Positions 29,872 to 40,108 of a stretch of DNA of 64,000 bases are shown here, piece after piece; within the stretch, counting starts at the first letter, position 1; every line of letters begins with the position of its first letter. The DNA comes from Candidatus Eiseniibacteriota bacterium (GTDB taxonomy: Bacteria > Eisenbacteria > RBG-16-71-46 > JABDJR01): contig CAVXKA010000001.1 in NCBI GenBank assembly GCA_963762255.1, positions 1,460,147 through 1,524,146 of the forward strand, read 5' to 3'. The notes beneath the pieces are model-generated. The model did no database searches, was not told the DNA's origin, and saw nothing but the letters and a program-made list of their open reading frames with translations. Both the position numbers and the translations under genes were made by a program.

Positions 29872-31185
29872 CTACTCCCCGACGCGCGGCGGCGCGTACT
29901 CCTCGTCGAGCCGCACCGGGTACGCGTAGGGACTTCCCCAGAGCGTGCGGAAGTCGCGGTCGAGCGCGGCGGTGAGTTCTCGGCTCTGTGCCACCAACCC
30001 CACGTTGCGCGTCGTGTAGAAGTAGCTCTTCTCCCAGTTGCTCGTCCCCACCCAGCATGTCGTCCCGTCCACGGTCATGTACTTGGCGTGGGTCACGCGC
30101 GCGAAGGGGATGAAACCCGTCGAGGCCTCGGGGATCGTGACGAGGCGCACTTCAATCCCCGGCACGCAGGTGAGGCTCTTGAGGAAGTCGATCGCCGGTT
30201 TGCGCTTGCTCCAGTCGGCGACCATGAGCCGCACGCGAACGCCTCGCACCGCCGCCCGCCGCAGCGCGTCGTCGAGCTCCGGCCAATAGGTCTTGTCGCG
30301 CGAGACCGGGTTGTACGTGAGGACGGTGACCTGGATCGAGTCGCGCGCGCCGTCGATGGCCGCAACGATCTGCGGGAGATCCCACGAGGTGGGGTCGGGG
30401 AGGCGGCCGGTCGGGCTCATGGCAGGGCGGAAGCGCGCGGTGTCTCCGGACGCCTCGATCCACGCGAAGGGGAGATGGGCTCTGTAGGTCAGAATGGGGC
30501 CCGTCACCTCCGGGAGCGGCCGCGCTGCGTCCAGCGGACTCGCGTCGGCCCAGTCCGCCTCGAATACCCGATCCAGCTCGACCGCGTACTCTGGGAAGGG
30601 GACGCGCACCCCGATCTCGTGGATGTGCTCGAGCGCGCGCCAGTCGAAGTTCTGGCTCCCGAAATACGCCTCCCACGCATCGACCACAAAGTACTTGGCG
30701 TGCATGACGCCGCCGGTGAGCGCGCGGTAGTCGATGAGCCGCACCTGCACGTTCTTCGCCCGCGACAGCCGGTCGAGCGTGGCGGGGTAGGTCTTGTAGA
30801 ACCCGGCGTCGCCGAGCACCCGCACCCGCACGCCTCGCTCGCCGGCCGCCTCGATGGCGACGATCGTCGGTTCGAGGCGGCTCCCCGGCTCGTCCGAGAA
30901 GTAGAAGCTCGGCGACGTCGAGCGTGCTCCGGGCCCGGCCGATCATCTCCGGCCACACCTGCCACGCATCGGGCACCTCCGGGTGGTCGAGGATCGTCTC
31001 CACAGGCGCGGTCTCGACGACCGTGATCGATGCCGGGGGGTCAGAGGAAACCTCTCCCGCGTGTGCGGGACACCAGGATGCCACGGCCAGCGCTGCCGAG
31101 AACAGGCCGACGCGGCGGAGAAGCGGGCGCAGTGACCGAACGAGAGCGGGCGCAGTGACGCGAGCGAGAGCGGGCTGGTTTTCAC
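29872..31185 (-). pseudogene. phospholipase D (HKD)-family protein, disrupted (1-nt frameshift plus 23-bp tandem duplication in the 5' region)
   Basis: ORF 29872..30831 carries two HKD motifs (HAKYFVVD...GSQNF and HAKYMTVDG...GTSNWE) but no N-terminus. The missing N-terminal PLD region (ITVVETAPVETILDHPEVPDAWQVWPEMIGRARSTLDVAE) is readable in another frame at 30910-31100. The signal peptide is in a third frame, starting from the GTG at 31185. Removing one 23-nt repeat unit restores MKTSPLSLASLRPLLRRVGLFSAALAVASWCPAHA. Confidence 0.6.
31122..31175 (+). repeat. 23/24-bp tandem repeat, 2.3 copies (AGCGGGCGCAGTGACCGAACGAG / AGCGGGCGCAGTGACGCGAGCGAG / AGCGGGC)
   Basis: Direct reading. The repeat lies inside the 5' coding region of the PLD-family gene on the opposite strand. 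Confidence 0.7.
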
Positions 31186-31252
31186 GGGCGGCCTCCGCTA
31201 GATTGAGCTTTGCTGCGGGAAACGTCCTGGATCTTACGCCCACGCCCCGCGC

Positions 31253-32581
31253 ATGAGGAACCCGCTCGTGATGCGTCTTCGCCCCGCTCTCAGAACGGGA
31301 TCTCCGCGCCGGCCGGTCATGCTCCCGGTTGCGTCCGCGCTTGTGGCTGTCACCATGCTCCTGACGGTGGGGACGGCTCGAGCGCAGAGTACGATGTGGG
31401 ACGCCTTCCGCAAACGTCCGTCCGAGCCGGTCGTCTATCCGGAGATCCTGCGCGACGCGGCGTGGGTCAAGGTTCATGCGGCGGATCGCAACGTGATCGT
31501 CGTGGACGCGCGCCCCGCCGCCGCGTTCGCTGCGGGGCACGTGCCGGGAGCAAGACGCGTCGATCCCACCGCCTGGGACGGTCGCATCGACGCTCTGGCC
31601 GCCTGGTTCGCAGGCGCGGGCGTGTCCAGCGACGGCGAGGTCGTGTGCGTCTCCGATCGCGCGAACCCAGCCGCATCGGGCGCGCTCTTCTGGCTTCTCG
31701 AATTGGCCGGCCATCCGCACGTCACCCTGCTCAACGGCGGCATGGAGGCATGGCGGGGTGCCGGCGGCGCAATCGAGGACGGTGAGGCCTCGGCGCGCGC
31801 GGCGCACTTTGCCGCCGCTCCCGACACATCCAGGATCTGCGACTACGCCTTCGTGCGCGCCCGCTTCGGAACGCGGGGGACCAGCATCCTGGACTGGCGC
31901 TCGGCGGAGGCGTGGGCGACAGGCCACATCCCGCACAGCCTGCCCTTTCCGCTCGAGACGCTCGTCACCGAGGACGGGCTCACTCGCACGGGCCCCGACA
32001 TGCGCCCTCTCTTCGAGCAGTGGGGGCCGCGCGAGCGGGAGTACGTGGACCTGAGCGACGAGATCGTCGTGTGCGGCGACCTGCGTCCGAGCGACGCGCC
32101 GATCCACCCGTACTTCGCCGCGCGCCTTGCCGGGATTGCCCGCGTGCGCGTCTACCCCGAAGGGTTCTCGGGATGGCGCGCGCATGCCGACGCCCCCGTC
32201 GTCCGCCTGATCGGAACGGAGGAGCTGCGCGGCATGCTCCACGCGGCGTGGGGCCGGACCTTGCCGGACATCCCTCCGCCGCGCTTCATCCTGCTCGACC
32301 TGCGTGGGGAGAACGATTTCAGACGGGGGCATCTGCCCGGCGCCCTGAGCCTGCAGCCCCACCTGTTCGAGAAGTACCTCGACTACCTGGCGGGTGAGTA
32401 CTGGCCGGGGGCCGACCGGGCCCGTATCCCCCTGGTCGTCTATTGCTACGGACCCACCTGCACCCGCAGCCGGAACGGCTCGACCCAGGCCGCCCGGCGC
32501 GGCTTCCTGAACCTCTTCTGGTACAAGGAAGGCACGCAGGGATGGCGAGCGGCGGGCGAGACCTGGATCGAGGGCGAGTGA
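31253..32581 (+). CDS. secreted multi-domain rhodanese (sulfurtransferase) protein, three rhodanese modules
   Basis: Signal peptide. Three rhodanese-like units; the last has the active-site loop VVYCYGPTCTRSRNG. Confidence 0.85.
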   Translation: MRNPLVMRLRPALRTGSPRRPVMLPVASALVAVTMLLTVGTARAQSTMWDAFRKRPSEPVVYPEILRDAAWVKVHAADRNVIVVDARPAAAFAAGHVPGARRVDPTAWDGRIDALAAWFAGAGVSSDGEVVCVSDRANPAASGALFWLLELAGHPHVTLLNGGMEAWRGAGGAIEDGEASARAAHFAAAPDTSRICDYAFVRARFGTRGTSILDWRSAEAWATGHIPHSLPFPLETLVTEDGLTRTGPDMRPLFEQWGPREREYVDLSDEIVVCGDLRPSDAPIHPYFAARLAGIARVRVYPEGFSGWRAHADAPVVRLIGTEELRGMLHAAWGRTLPDIPPPRFILLDLRGENDFRRGHLPGALSLQPHLFEKYLDYLAGEYWPGADRARIPLVVYCYGPTCTRSRNGSTQAARRGFLNLFWYKEGTQGWRAAGETWIEGE

Positions 32582-32631
32582 GGCTCTGCGCTAGCTGAGC
32601 CCCGCTCCCGGATCGATCCCCAAGAGTCCGA

Positions 32632-33124
32632 TCACGACTCTCCTGATGAGGTGATGACGATCCAGCCCAACAAGACAGTGATCACCGCGCGGCGGGTGCT
32701 GAAATCCAGGGCTTGGCGAATGGCCACGACGCCGGCGACGAGAGCCCAAACCCCGCCGATGAGCCCCAGCCACCCTCCCACCTTCGGGATGAAGACGAAG
32801 AAGGAGAGCAGAGTCGGAGTGTGGGCGTAACCCAGGACGCGCAGCATCTCGCCCATGTTCGATTCCGTGTCCGGTCCCTTGGTGACGCGGGTTCCGATCA
32901 GGAGCGTGATCCCCGACCAGATCATCCAGCTGATGAAAGAGGCGATCACGCCCACGATGAGGGTCTTCACGTCCCCTCCGTGGCCGATCATGAGTCCCAA
33001 GACCCCAAGCCAGCGAGGCCAGGAGCACCACGATCGCCGACTCCCTCGTGTAGGACGAGTCGGTCTCCACCATCTCGTAGAACTGCGTGTCGAGCCGCGC
33101 TGCACGCATCATCCGAGTGAGCAT
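32632..33124 (-). pseudogene. Yip1-domain membrane protein, frameshifted at a C4/G4 homopolymer (about 33003-33006)
   Basis: The N-terminal 45 residues (MLTRMMRAARLDTQFYEMVETDSSYTRESAIVVLLASLAWGLG) are in the frame of ORF 32591..33124. The remaining TM-rich body (LMIGHGGDVKTLIVGVIASF...) is in the frame of ORF 32632..33105. The junction is at GGGG. Confidence 0.5.
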
Positions 33125-33161
33125 GAATCCCCCCTTGTCGGTCCCTCGATCGCCGGACGGA

Positions 33162-35984
33162 TCAGCGGGGCGCTGTCCCCACCGGCGTCTCCGGCATCAG
33201 CCGGATGACGGTGTGATTGTCGTCCGGGTAATACCGGGCGAACGTCTCCTGTAGCTTCTTGGCGGTGATGTCGTCGATGCGCTCCCGCCGCGCCAGGATT
33301 CGCCGAGGATCCCATCCCAGGGCGTCCACGGTGCTGAAGCTCGATAGCCAGTACCGGTTCTGCTTGGCCGATGTCTCGAGCTCGCGGATCTGGATCTCCT
33401 GGACCTTCGACACTTCCTCCGCGGTCGGGCCGTCGCGCTTGAATCTCGCGATCTCCTCAAAGACCTTCGCGGTGAGCGTGTCCGCGCTCTCCGGCGCCGA
33501 GCCGAAGCTGATCGAGGTCTCGCCGTACCCCGGGTAGGGGGACAGGTTCGACTCGCTCACGCCGACCGAGTACGTCCCGCTCAACGCCTCGCGCAACAGC
33601 TCGCGGAGCCTCGTCTCCAGGATGTCGTTCGCTCTGCGGAGCATGAACATTTCTATCTCATCCAACCTGGTGAGGGCGGGCCAGGTGATCAGGGTCTGGC
33701 TCTTGGGCTCGGTCCCCGCGTTCACCGTGCGCTCGATCACCCCATCCGGAAAGCGCACGCCCGGATCGGTGTACGTCGAGCGGGGGCCGGGCCGGGCCGG
33801 CAGCGAACCCAGGTAGCGGGCGACGAGCGGTTCCATGGACTCCACCGTGAACGCACCCACGAAGTAGAAGTGGAAATCCGCCGCGTTGGCGAAAAGTCTC
33901 CGGTAGAACGTGTAGGCCACTTCACGATCCACGGTGTCCAGTATCTCGACCGTCCACGGTCGGAACATATAGTGATTGCGATGGTTCACAATCCCCGCCT
34001 CGTCCGCGAACCGCATCTCGGGCACGGCCCTGAGGCTCTGGAGGAGCGTGCGCCATTGCCCCATCACGACCTGGAACGCATCCGGGCGGTCGTTGGGAGC
34101 GGTGAAGACGAGGTGGGTGAGCTGGAGCGCAGTCTCCAGCTCGCGGGGAGTCGCCTTCCCGCTCACACCGTGCTGAAAATCAGTGACGAATGGAGCGGCC
34201 GAGGCGATCTTGCCGGAGAGCATCTTCTGCAGATCGACGGGGGTGAATCCGCCGAAGCCCGCCTGCTGGATGTAGCTGTCGGCGAAATTGACCGAGCGGT
34301 ACACGCCGCTGTCGGCGAGCGAGAATCCTCCCGAGGCAGCCGCGGAAAACAGGATCTCGTCGTTCTTGAAATCGGTCGGCTTGAGCCAGACCTCGACCCC
34401 GTTCGAGAGCGTGAGGATCGTGAGGTCCATCTCGGGGATCGTGCGCCGCGCGGAGATCACGCCCGGCTCCGGAAGTTGCGCCAAGAGTCCGGTCGCGGCG
34501 GGGGCATCCTCGTAGGCCGAAGGGCTCGTTCCCTCGGCCTCTGTCACTACCGCCACCAGCGCGGAAGAATCGGGAAACGCCGCGCCGCTCTTCTCCGGGG
34601 CGGTGGCGAGTACGATCGAGTTATCGGCGTGGACGAGCCGCGAAACCGCGACGTTGACCTCGTCCAGCGTGATGGCGGCCATGATCTCGCCGGCCAGCGC
34701 GAACTCAACGGCGATGCCGGGAATCGGTTCCCCATCCAGGAAGTTGTTCGTGTACTCCTTCACGTAGGCGCCGCTCTCGGTCTTGTCGCGTTCGTTGAAG
34801 GCCCGCTCCAGCGAGGCCAGGAAACGCGCCTTGGCCCGCTCCAGCTCGCCGGCGGTGAACCCATGCGATCGCACACGCGCGGTCTCTGTGACGATCGCCT
34901 GCAGGCCGCGGGTCGTCCCCCCCTCCGGCACCATCGCGCCCACCCGGAACATGTCGAGCGCGCGCACGAAGGAACCCGCGCCGCTCCCGGCAAAGGTGAA
35001 CGGGGCGTCGGGCTTCTGGGCGATCTCCTCGAATCGCGCGTTGAGCATGCTGCTGAAGAGGATGTCGACCATCGCCCGCCGGTAGTCTCCCACCGTCCCT
35101 TGAGGCAGGCGCGGGTGCGCGAAGAGGAGGCTCACCTGGGTCACCGGCTGCTCGGGGTCGACGGCAGGCGCGGCGCGCAGACCGGGGTGCGACGGGACAT
35201 CGAACGTCGGTCGACCCGCGGGATCCGCCGGACGCGGGATGCCTCCGAAGTGCTCGCGGATGAGCTCTTCGACCGCGGTGGCATCGAAGTCGCCCACCGC
35301 CACCACCGCCATGAGGTCCGGGCGATACCAGCGCCGGTAGAACTCCCGCACGCGCTCTGCGGTGGCGCCTTCGATCACTTCAGGGCGGCCGATCGGGAAG
35401 CGCTCAGGATAGAGCGATCCCTCCAGCAATACCGGCCATTGCTTGCGCCGGATGCGCTCATCGGCACCGCGCCCGAGCCGCCACTCCTCGAGGATCACCC
35501 CGCGCTCCTTTTCGACCTCCACCGGGTCGAACGTGATGGCGTGAGCCCAGTCGCTCAGCACGAGGAACCCGGTATCGAGGAGCCCCTCCCGATCGGTGGG
35601 GATCTCGAGCATGTAGACCGTCTCGTCAAAGCTCGTGTACGCGTTGAGATCGGGCCCGAAGCGGGAGCCGATCGACTCCAGGAACGAGATGAGTTCGTTG
35701 GCCGCGAAGTGCTCCGTGCCGTTGAACGCCATGTGCTCCACGAAATGGGCGTACCCCTGCTGGTCGTCCCGTTCGAGCAGCGAGCCTGCGTTCACCGCCA
35801 CCCGCAGCTCGGCGCGATGCTCCGGCTTGTGGTTTTCGCGAACGTAGTAGGTGAGCCCGTTCTCGAGCCGGCCGATGCGTACCCCCGGGTCTACGGGGAG
35901 CGGATCCGATGCGGGGGGAAGGGCCAGAGCCGGATGGACCAAGCAGAGGCCGAGGAGGAGGGCGAGGGTCAGACGCAGTGACAT
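33162..35984 (-). CDS. secreted M16-family (pitrilysin/insulinase-like) zinc peptidase, tandem M16 units
   Basis: Signal peptide. Inverzincin motif HFVEHMAFNGT (HxxEH). Length 940 aa, consistent with a double active-plus-inactive M16 pair. Confidence 0.9.
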   Translation of the reverse strand: MSLRLTLALLLGLCLVHPALALPPASDPLPVDPGVRIGRLENGLTYYVRENHKPEHRAELRVAVNAGSLLERDDQQGYAHFVEHMAFNGTEHFAANELISFLESIGSRFGPDLNAYTSFDETVYMLEIPTDREGLLDTGFLVLSDWAHAITFDPVEVEKERGVILEEWRLGRGADERIRRKQWPVLLEGSLYPERFPIGRPEVIEGATAERVREFYRRWYRPDLMAVVAVGDFDATAVEELIREHFGGIPRPADPAGRPTFDVPSHPGLRAAPAVDPEQPVTQVSLLFAHPRLPQGTVGDYRRAMVDILFSSMLNARFEEIAQKPDAPFTFAGSGAGSFVRALDMFRVGAMVPEGGTTRGLQAIVTETARVRSHGFTAGELERAKARFLASLERAFNERDKTESGAYVKEYTNNFLDGEPIPGIAVEFALAGEIMAAITLDEVNVAVSRLVHADNSIVLATAPEKSGAAFPDSSALVAVVTEAEGTSPSAYEDAPAATGLLAQLPEPGVISARRTIPEMDLTILTLSNGVEVWLKPTDFKNDEILFSAAASGGFSLADSGVYRSVNFADSYIQQAGFGGFTPVDLQKMLSGKIASAAPFVTDFQHGVSGKATPRELETALQLTHLVFTAPNDRPDAFQVVMGQWRTLLQSLRAVPEMRFADEAGIVNHRNHYMFRPWTVEILDTVDREVAYTFYRRLFANAADFHFYFVGAFTVESMEPLVARYLGSLPARPGPRSTYTDPGVRFPDGVIERTVNAGTEPKSQTLITWPALTRLDEIEMFMLRRANDILETRLRELLREALSGTYSVGVSESNLSPYPGYGETSISFGSAPESADTLTAKVFEEIARFKRDGPTAEEVSKVQEIQIRELETSAKQNRYWLSSFSTVDALGWDPRRILARRERIDDITAKKLQETFARYYPDDNHTVIRLMPETPVGTAPR

Positions 35985-36071
35985 ACGCGTTCCTTTCGAC
36001 GGGGGGCTGGTCCGAACGCGCAGAGTCTATAGGAACCGGCCGGGACCGGCCAGCGGGGGCAAGACAGGTCG

Positions 36072-36989
36072 TCAGGCGGCCCGACTACCCGATTCCTGCT
36101 GGATCTGCAGCGCGTCATCGAGGCGGCGGATGGTCTGGCGCATCCACTCCGCCTGCTCGGCATGCCGGCAGGTGATGCCTGCGTGCTCGGCGAAGACTTG
36201 CGCCGCCTGGAGGTCGTCGGGTCCGTACTGCTTCCCGTCGTTGGGATTGGTTACGTTGAGCACACCCACCAGCTCCCCGCGGACCTCGATCGGAACGATC
36301 ATCGAAGCGTTGATGGAGTAGTCCCTGGGCTTGAAGCCGACGTACTGGGACGTGTCGACCGTCGGGCCGAGGAGGAGCGGCTCGCGATGCTGTGCCACCC
36401 AACCGGCGATTCCCTCGCCGATGTGGGTGCGCAGTCCGACCAGTTTCTCGGAGCTCTCCTCGCCGGTGACTGCACGCAACTCGAGATCCCCGGTTGCGCG
36501 GTCGACGAGCATGAGGGAGACCTGACGGCAGTCGAAGGTGTCCAGGCACGCCCGGGTAATGATGTCGAAGATGGCCTGTCGACTGGTCTCGGTGCTCACC
36601 GCCCGGCTCACGGTGAGTAGGGCGTAGAGATGATCGCAGTGACGCTGCATGCGTTCGGCACTCTCCTGCCGCGATGCGCGTAGCCGGCGGCGGAGGCTCG
36701 CGACTTGAAACTGCTGGCGGGTCAGGTGCGCGGTGAAGAGGAACACCATCAGAGACAGCCCCACCATCAGGATCGTCTCGGTCTGCGCCCACGGCCAGAG
36801 CGTCCCGACCCTGTCCCGTAGCTGCGGCAGAAGGCCGGTGACCAGGCCCGAGGTTGTGAGGATCATCACGCCGGCGATGAGAAGCCAGTTGTGCCAACTC
36901 AGACGGTCCAGCGCAGCGTCCTCTGCGTTGGGATCCGCAGGGTTGACGCAGACGAGTACGTCGTTCGGATCATGTCGGCTTGGCGGCAT
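36072..36989 (-). CDS. membrane-anchored GAF-domain protein
   Basis: The ATG at 36989 is preceded by AAGGAG. Two TM helices are followed by a GAF domain (SRQAIFDIITRACLDTFDCRQVSLMLVD ... IGEGIAGWVAQHREPLLL ... MIVPIEVRGELVGVLNV). Confidence 0.7.
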   Translation of the reverse strand: MPPSRHDPNDVLVCVNPADPNAEDAALDRLSWHNWLLIAGVMILTTSGLVTGLLPQLRDRVGTLWPWAQTETILMVGLSLMVFLFTAHLTRQQFQVASLRRRLRASRQESAERMQRHCDHLYALLTVSRAVSTETSRQAIFDIITRACLDTFDCRQVSLMLVDRATGDLELRAVTGEESSEKLVGLRTHIGEGIAGWVAQHREPLLLGPTVDTSQYVGFKPRDYSINASMIVPIEVRGELVGVLNVTNPNDGKQYGPDDLQAAQVFAEHAGITCRHAEQAEWMRQTIRRLDDALQIQQESGSRAA

Positions 36990-37178
36990 CTCGGCTCCTT
37001 CGATCGGGGAAAACCCCGCGTCTTCCGTATATCGGCGGCCGAGGGGTGCGTCATCGGCGCGGCGGAGGGCAGGCCGCGGGGGGGGCATGAGCTTGGGGCG
37101 AAAACCCCGCGGGGGCCCTTCCGGGGGGCCGATTCTCATAGAGTCCCGCCTTCAGTCGAGCCTGATTCGTATCTCCGC

Positions 37179-37901
37179 TCAGACTTGGGTGACTCTAGCC
37201 TCGCGGCGAAGGAACGCGTAGGCCAGGAGGCCGCTGTTCAGGTCGATGAAGGCGTGCAGGAGCATCGGGACCCAGAGGCTTCCGCTGACGGTGTAGAGGA
37301 TGGCCATGCCGAGGCCCACCAGCGCCGTCTGTCCAACTCCCCGCGTTCCCTGATAGGCGTGGGCCATTCCGAAGAGAAGCGAAGCCAGGAGGATCGCCGG
37401 GATCGGCGGGACGAGGGCCCGCAGATACCAGATCACGAAACCTCGGAAGAGAACCTCCTCGCAGATGCCGGCGGTGACCGAGAGGGCGCTGAAGTGAACG
37501 AGTTCGCGGCGCGTGTGAGGAAGCAGCGGACGCAAGGGCTCCAGGTGAGCGAGCACCGTCGCGCGCGCCTCGTCGTCGACCTCGCGCACGAGATTCACCC
37601 GCTGACGCCCGACGAAAACTGCGAAGCCCGCCGCCAGAACGAGGGCGGTCCAGAACCCCCAGCCGGAGGGCGCGCGAAACCCCAGATCCGACCACCCTCG
37701 ACTCTGGATCGCCCAGGCGGCGAGCGTCGCGGCCAGGAGCGCCCACTCCGTGGTCAGGCTCTGGAAGTAAGCCCGATGGCGCGCGTTCCGTAGCCGCTCG
37801 GCGGCGGCCCGCACGAGGCGGGGATACCAGAAGAGGAGGTCGTGTACCGGCAGCAGGATGGTGATGAGGGCCACCACCACATGATCGAGCGGGGTCAGCA
37901 T
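37179..37901 (-). CDS. CPBP-family (CAAX/Abi) intramembrane metalloprotease
   Basis: The ATG at 37901 is in frame with ORF 37179..38192. The three CPBP motifs are present: EExxxR (ICEEVLFRG), FxxxH (FGMAHAY) and HxxxN/D (HAFIDLNS). Polytopic. Confidence 0.8.
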   Translation of the reverse strand: MLTPLDHVVVALITILLPVHDLLFWYPRLVRAAAERLRNARHRAYFQSLTTEWALLAATLAAWAIQSRGWSDLGFRAPSGWGFWTALVLAAGFAVFVGRQRVNLVREVDDEARATVLAHLEPLRPLLPHTRRELVHFSALSVTAGICEEVLFRGFVIWYLRALVPPIPAILLASLLFGMAHAYQGTRGVGQTALVGLGMAILYTVSGSLWVPMLLHAFIDLNSGLLAYAFLRREARVTQV

Positions 37902-37930
37902 CGGGTGGGGATTCCAGGCGCGCGCGTCGT

Positions 37931-39973
37931 CTAGTCCACGCCGCCGCTCTCGCTTCTCTGCAGCTCGAGCAGCCGCTCGATCTCCGCCTTCACGAACGGC
38001 GTGGGCGGATCCTCGAGCGCGCGGGTGAGGTAATCCGTCGCTTCTTCGGGGCGGTCCATCAGGCGGTAGAGATAGCCGAGGTGGTAGTAGATCTCCGAGA
38101 GATCCGTGCGCTCCTGCTCGCGAGCGAGCCGCAGGGTTCGCAGAAAAGTCTTCTCCGCCTCCTCGTAGCGATGGAGCCGGACCAGCGTCCAACCGAGGGT
38201 ATCGAGGTGCCCGGGATCGTCGGGGGTGAGGCGGTTGGCCTTCTGCGCCAGATCGTTCGCCCGTTCCGGGTTCTCGCCCGCGTCGGCGTAGCTCATGGCG
38301 AGGTTGTTGTTGTAGATCGCGTTCTCGGGATCCCGAGTGAGAAGCATCTCGCCGATGAAGATGGCGTCGTCGAAACGGCGCACGGTGGCCAGGAAGAGGC
38401 TCGTCATCTCCAGGAGTTGCGCGTCGCTCATCCGCGCGGTGTCGGAAGGGGCGAGCGCGCTGTCCATCTCCACGACACGGCGTAGCGCCGAGTACCCCTG
38501 CTCGTCGCGTCCCACCCGCAGGTAGTCCACCCCGAGGCGAAAGAGCACCGCCGGATCCGGCTTGGTGATCTGGAGGTAGCGCTCGAGTCGCATGATCGCT
38601 TCACCCCGGCGTCCGTCCTCGTCGGCAATGATGCCGAGGCCGAGCTGCGCGCCGGGAAAATCGGGGTAGGCTTCCGCGCATTCGGTGAACGCATGCCGCG
38701 CCTGGTCATTGTGGCCCAGGCGCAACTCCAGCGATCCGAGAACGCACGGGAGGTTGTCGATCTGCGCCCCCTGGTCGCGCGCCCGCTCGAGAATCTCGAC
38801 CGCCTCCGCCTCCTGTCCGGGCTGGTCGGCCAGGGTGAGACCCAGGAGACGCAGCGCGTTGCCGTCCTCGGGATCGAGGGCCAGCGCGCTGCGTAGGCGG
38901 CTTTGCCCATCCTCGATGTGACCGCGGCGCAGGGCGCTCGCGGCCAGGTAGTAGAGCACCTCCGGATCCTGAGGGTTCTCCTGGTTCACACCGGTGAGAA
39001 GACTCTCGGCCTCGGCGTCCTTGGACAGAAAGAACTTGGCGATGCCCAGCGCCTTGCGGTTACCGGAAATCGGATCGTGCGCCGCCGCGTCTTCCAGCAC
39101 CGGTTCCGCCTTCGCGTACTCGCCGGCCGAGAGGTAGGCGCGGCCGAGTAGCGCGAGATCGGCGGGATCCTGGCTCTTCGGATCGCGTCCACCGAGAATG
39201 AGAATGATCCCCTCGAAGGTCGGGCGGTATGCGTCCTCCAGGGCGAAGGCGCGGCGGAAGTGAACGAGGGCGGCCGTGGTGTCTCCGCTCGCGGCAAGAA
39301 TCTGGCCCAGCGCGGCCTGCGATTCGTGGTCGGTCGGGTTCAGCTCCAGCGCGCGCGTGTACGCGGCGAGGGCGTCGTTCGGACGTCCGGCCATGCGGAG
39401 GGCGCCGCCGAGCGCGCGATGCGCATCCGCAACCTCGGGCTCGGCGTCCACGGCGGCAGTAAAGGCCTCGGCCGCGGCCGGGCCGTCGTTCTTGCGCAGG
39501 GCTTGTTCCCCCGCTGCCCAGGCGCGCCGTCCGCGGTCGGTCTCCATCGGCATGCCCCGCCCGCCGACGTAGCGATCCAGCAGGAGTCGGATGCCCCGCT
39601 GCGCTTCCGAGTTGTCGGGGTCGCGGGCGAGAGCCCACCGGTACTGCCTGAGGGCCTCGGCGGCGGCGGCCCGCACGTCCTTCACCTGGTCGTTTAGGAT
39701 GCCGGTGGTGAGGGCGCGGGCGAGGAGGATATGCCCCTCCAACCGCTCCGGATCCATCGCGATGACCCGAGTAAACGCGGCGGCGGCGTTCGCCATGTCG
39801 CCCGAGTCGAGGTACAGCTCCCCGTCGAAGATGATGAGATCGACGGCGTCCGAGTCCGGAGCGGCGGGCGCGCCCTCCAGCGCAAGCGGGATCGACACGT
39901 CTTGAGCCGCCAGGGGCGAGGCCGCGGCAGATGACAGCAGCAGGGTGAGGACGAACAGGGTTCGAGTGTGCAT
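37931..39973 (-). CDS. secreted TPR-repeat protein (about 680 aa, more than 12 TPR units)
   Basis: The ATG at 39973 (MHTRTLFVLTLLLSSAAASPLAAQ) gives a signal peptide. Many canonical TPR units follow (e.g. AHRALGGALRMAGRPNDALAAYTRALELNPTDHESQAALGQIL). Confidence 0.8.
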   Translation of the reverse strand: MHTRTLFVLTLLLSSAAASPLAAQDVSIPLALEGAPAAPDSDAVDLIIFDGELYLDSGDMANAAAAFTRVIAMDPERLEGHILLARALTTGILNDQVKDVRAAAAEALRQYRWALARDPDNSEAQRGIRLLLDRYVGGRGMPMETDRGRRAWAAGEQALRKNDGPAAAEAFTAAVDAEPEVADAHRALGGALRMAGRPNDALAAYTRALELNPTDHESQAALGQILAASGDTTAALVHFRRAFALEDAYRPTFEGIILILGGRDPKSQDPADLALLGRAYLSAGEYAKAEPVLEDAAAHDPISGNRKALGIAKFFLSKDAEAESLLTGVNQENPQDPEVLYYLAASALRRGHIEDGQSRLRSALALDPEDGNALRLLGLTLADQPGQEAEAVEILERARDQGAQIDNLPCVLGSLELRLGHNDQARHAFTECAEAYPDFPGAQLGLGIIADEDGRRGEAIMRLERYLQITKPDPAVLFRLGVDYLRVGRDEQGYSALRRVVEMDSALAPSDTARMSDAQLLEMTSLFLATVRRFDDAIFIGEMLLTRDPENAIYNNNLAMSYADAGENPERANDLAQKANRLTPDDPGHLDTLGWTLVRLHRYEEAEKTFLRTLRLAREQERTDLSEIYYHLGYLYRLMDRPEEATDYLTRALEDPPTPFVKAEIERLLELQRSESGGVD

Positions 39974-40108
39974 GGGTCGATGATTGTATACCCTCGGGCC
40001 GGGGTCGATTCTCCCAAGCCGTGGAGCCGGTCCAGGAATCCTCATCCGGGGCCAGGGGTATCCGCGGTGCTATAGTGCCGGTTGGACCGTAGGGCGATGA
40101 GGGATTGA

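Noticed and set aside
30152-32362. 736-aa minus-strand ORF spanning the PLD 5' region and the whole rhodanese gene
   Set aside because: The translation is Arg/Gly/Ala-rich frame noise, typical of antisense and off-frame ORFs in 70%-GC DNA. It overlaps a well-supported plus-strand rhodanese gene. Only its short segment that carries the PLD N-domain is meaningful.
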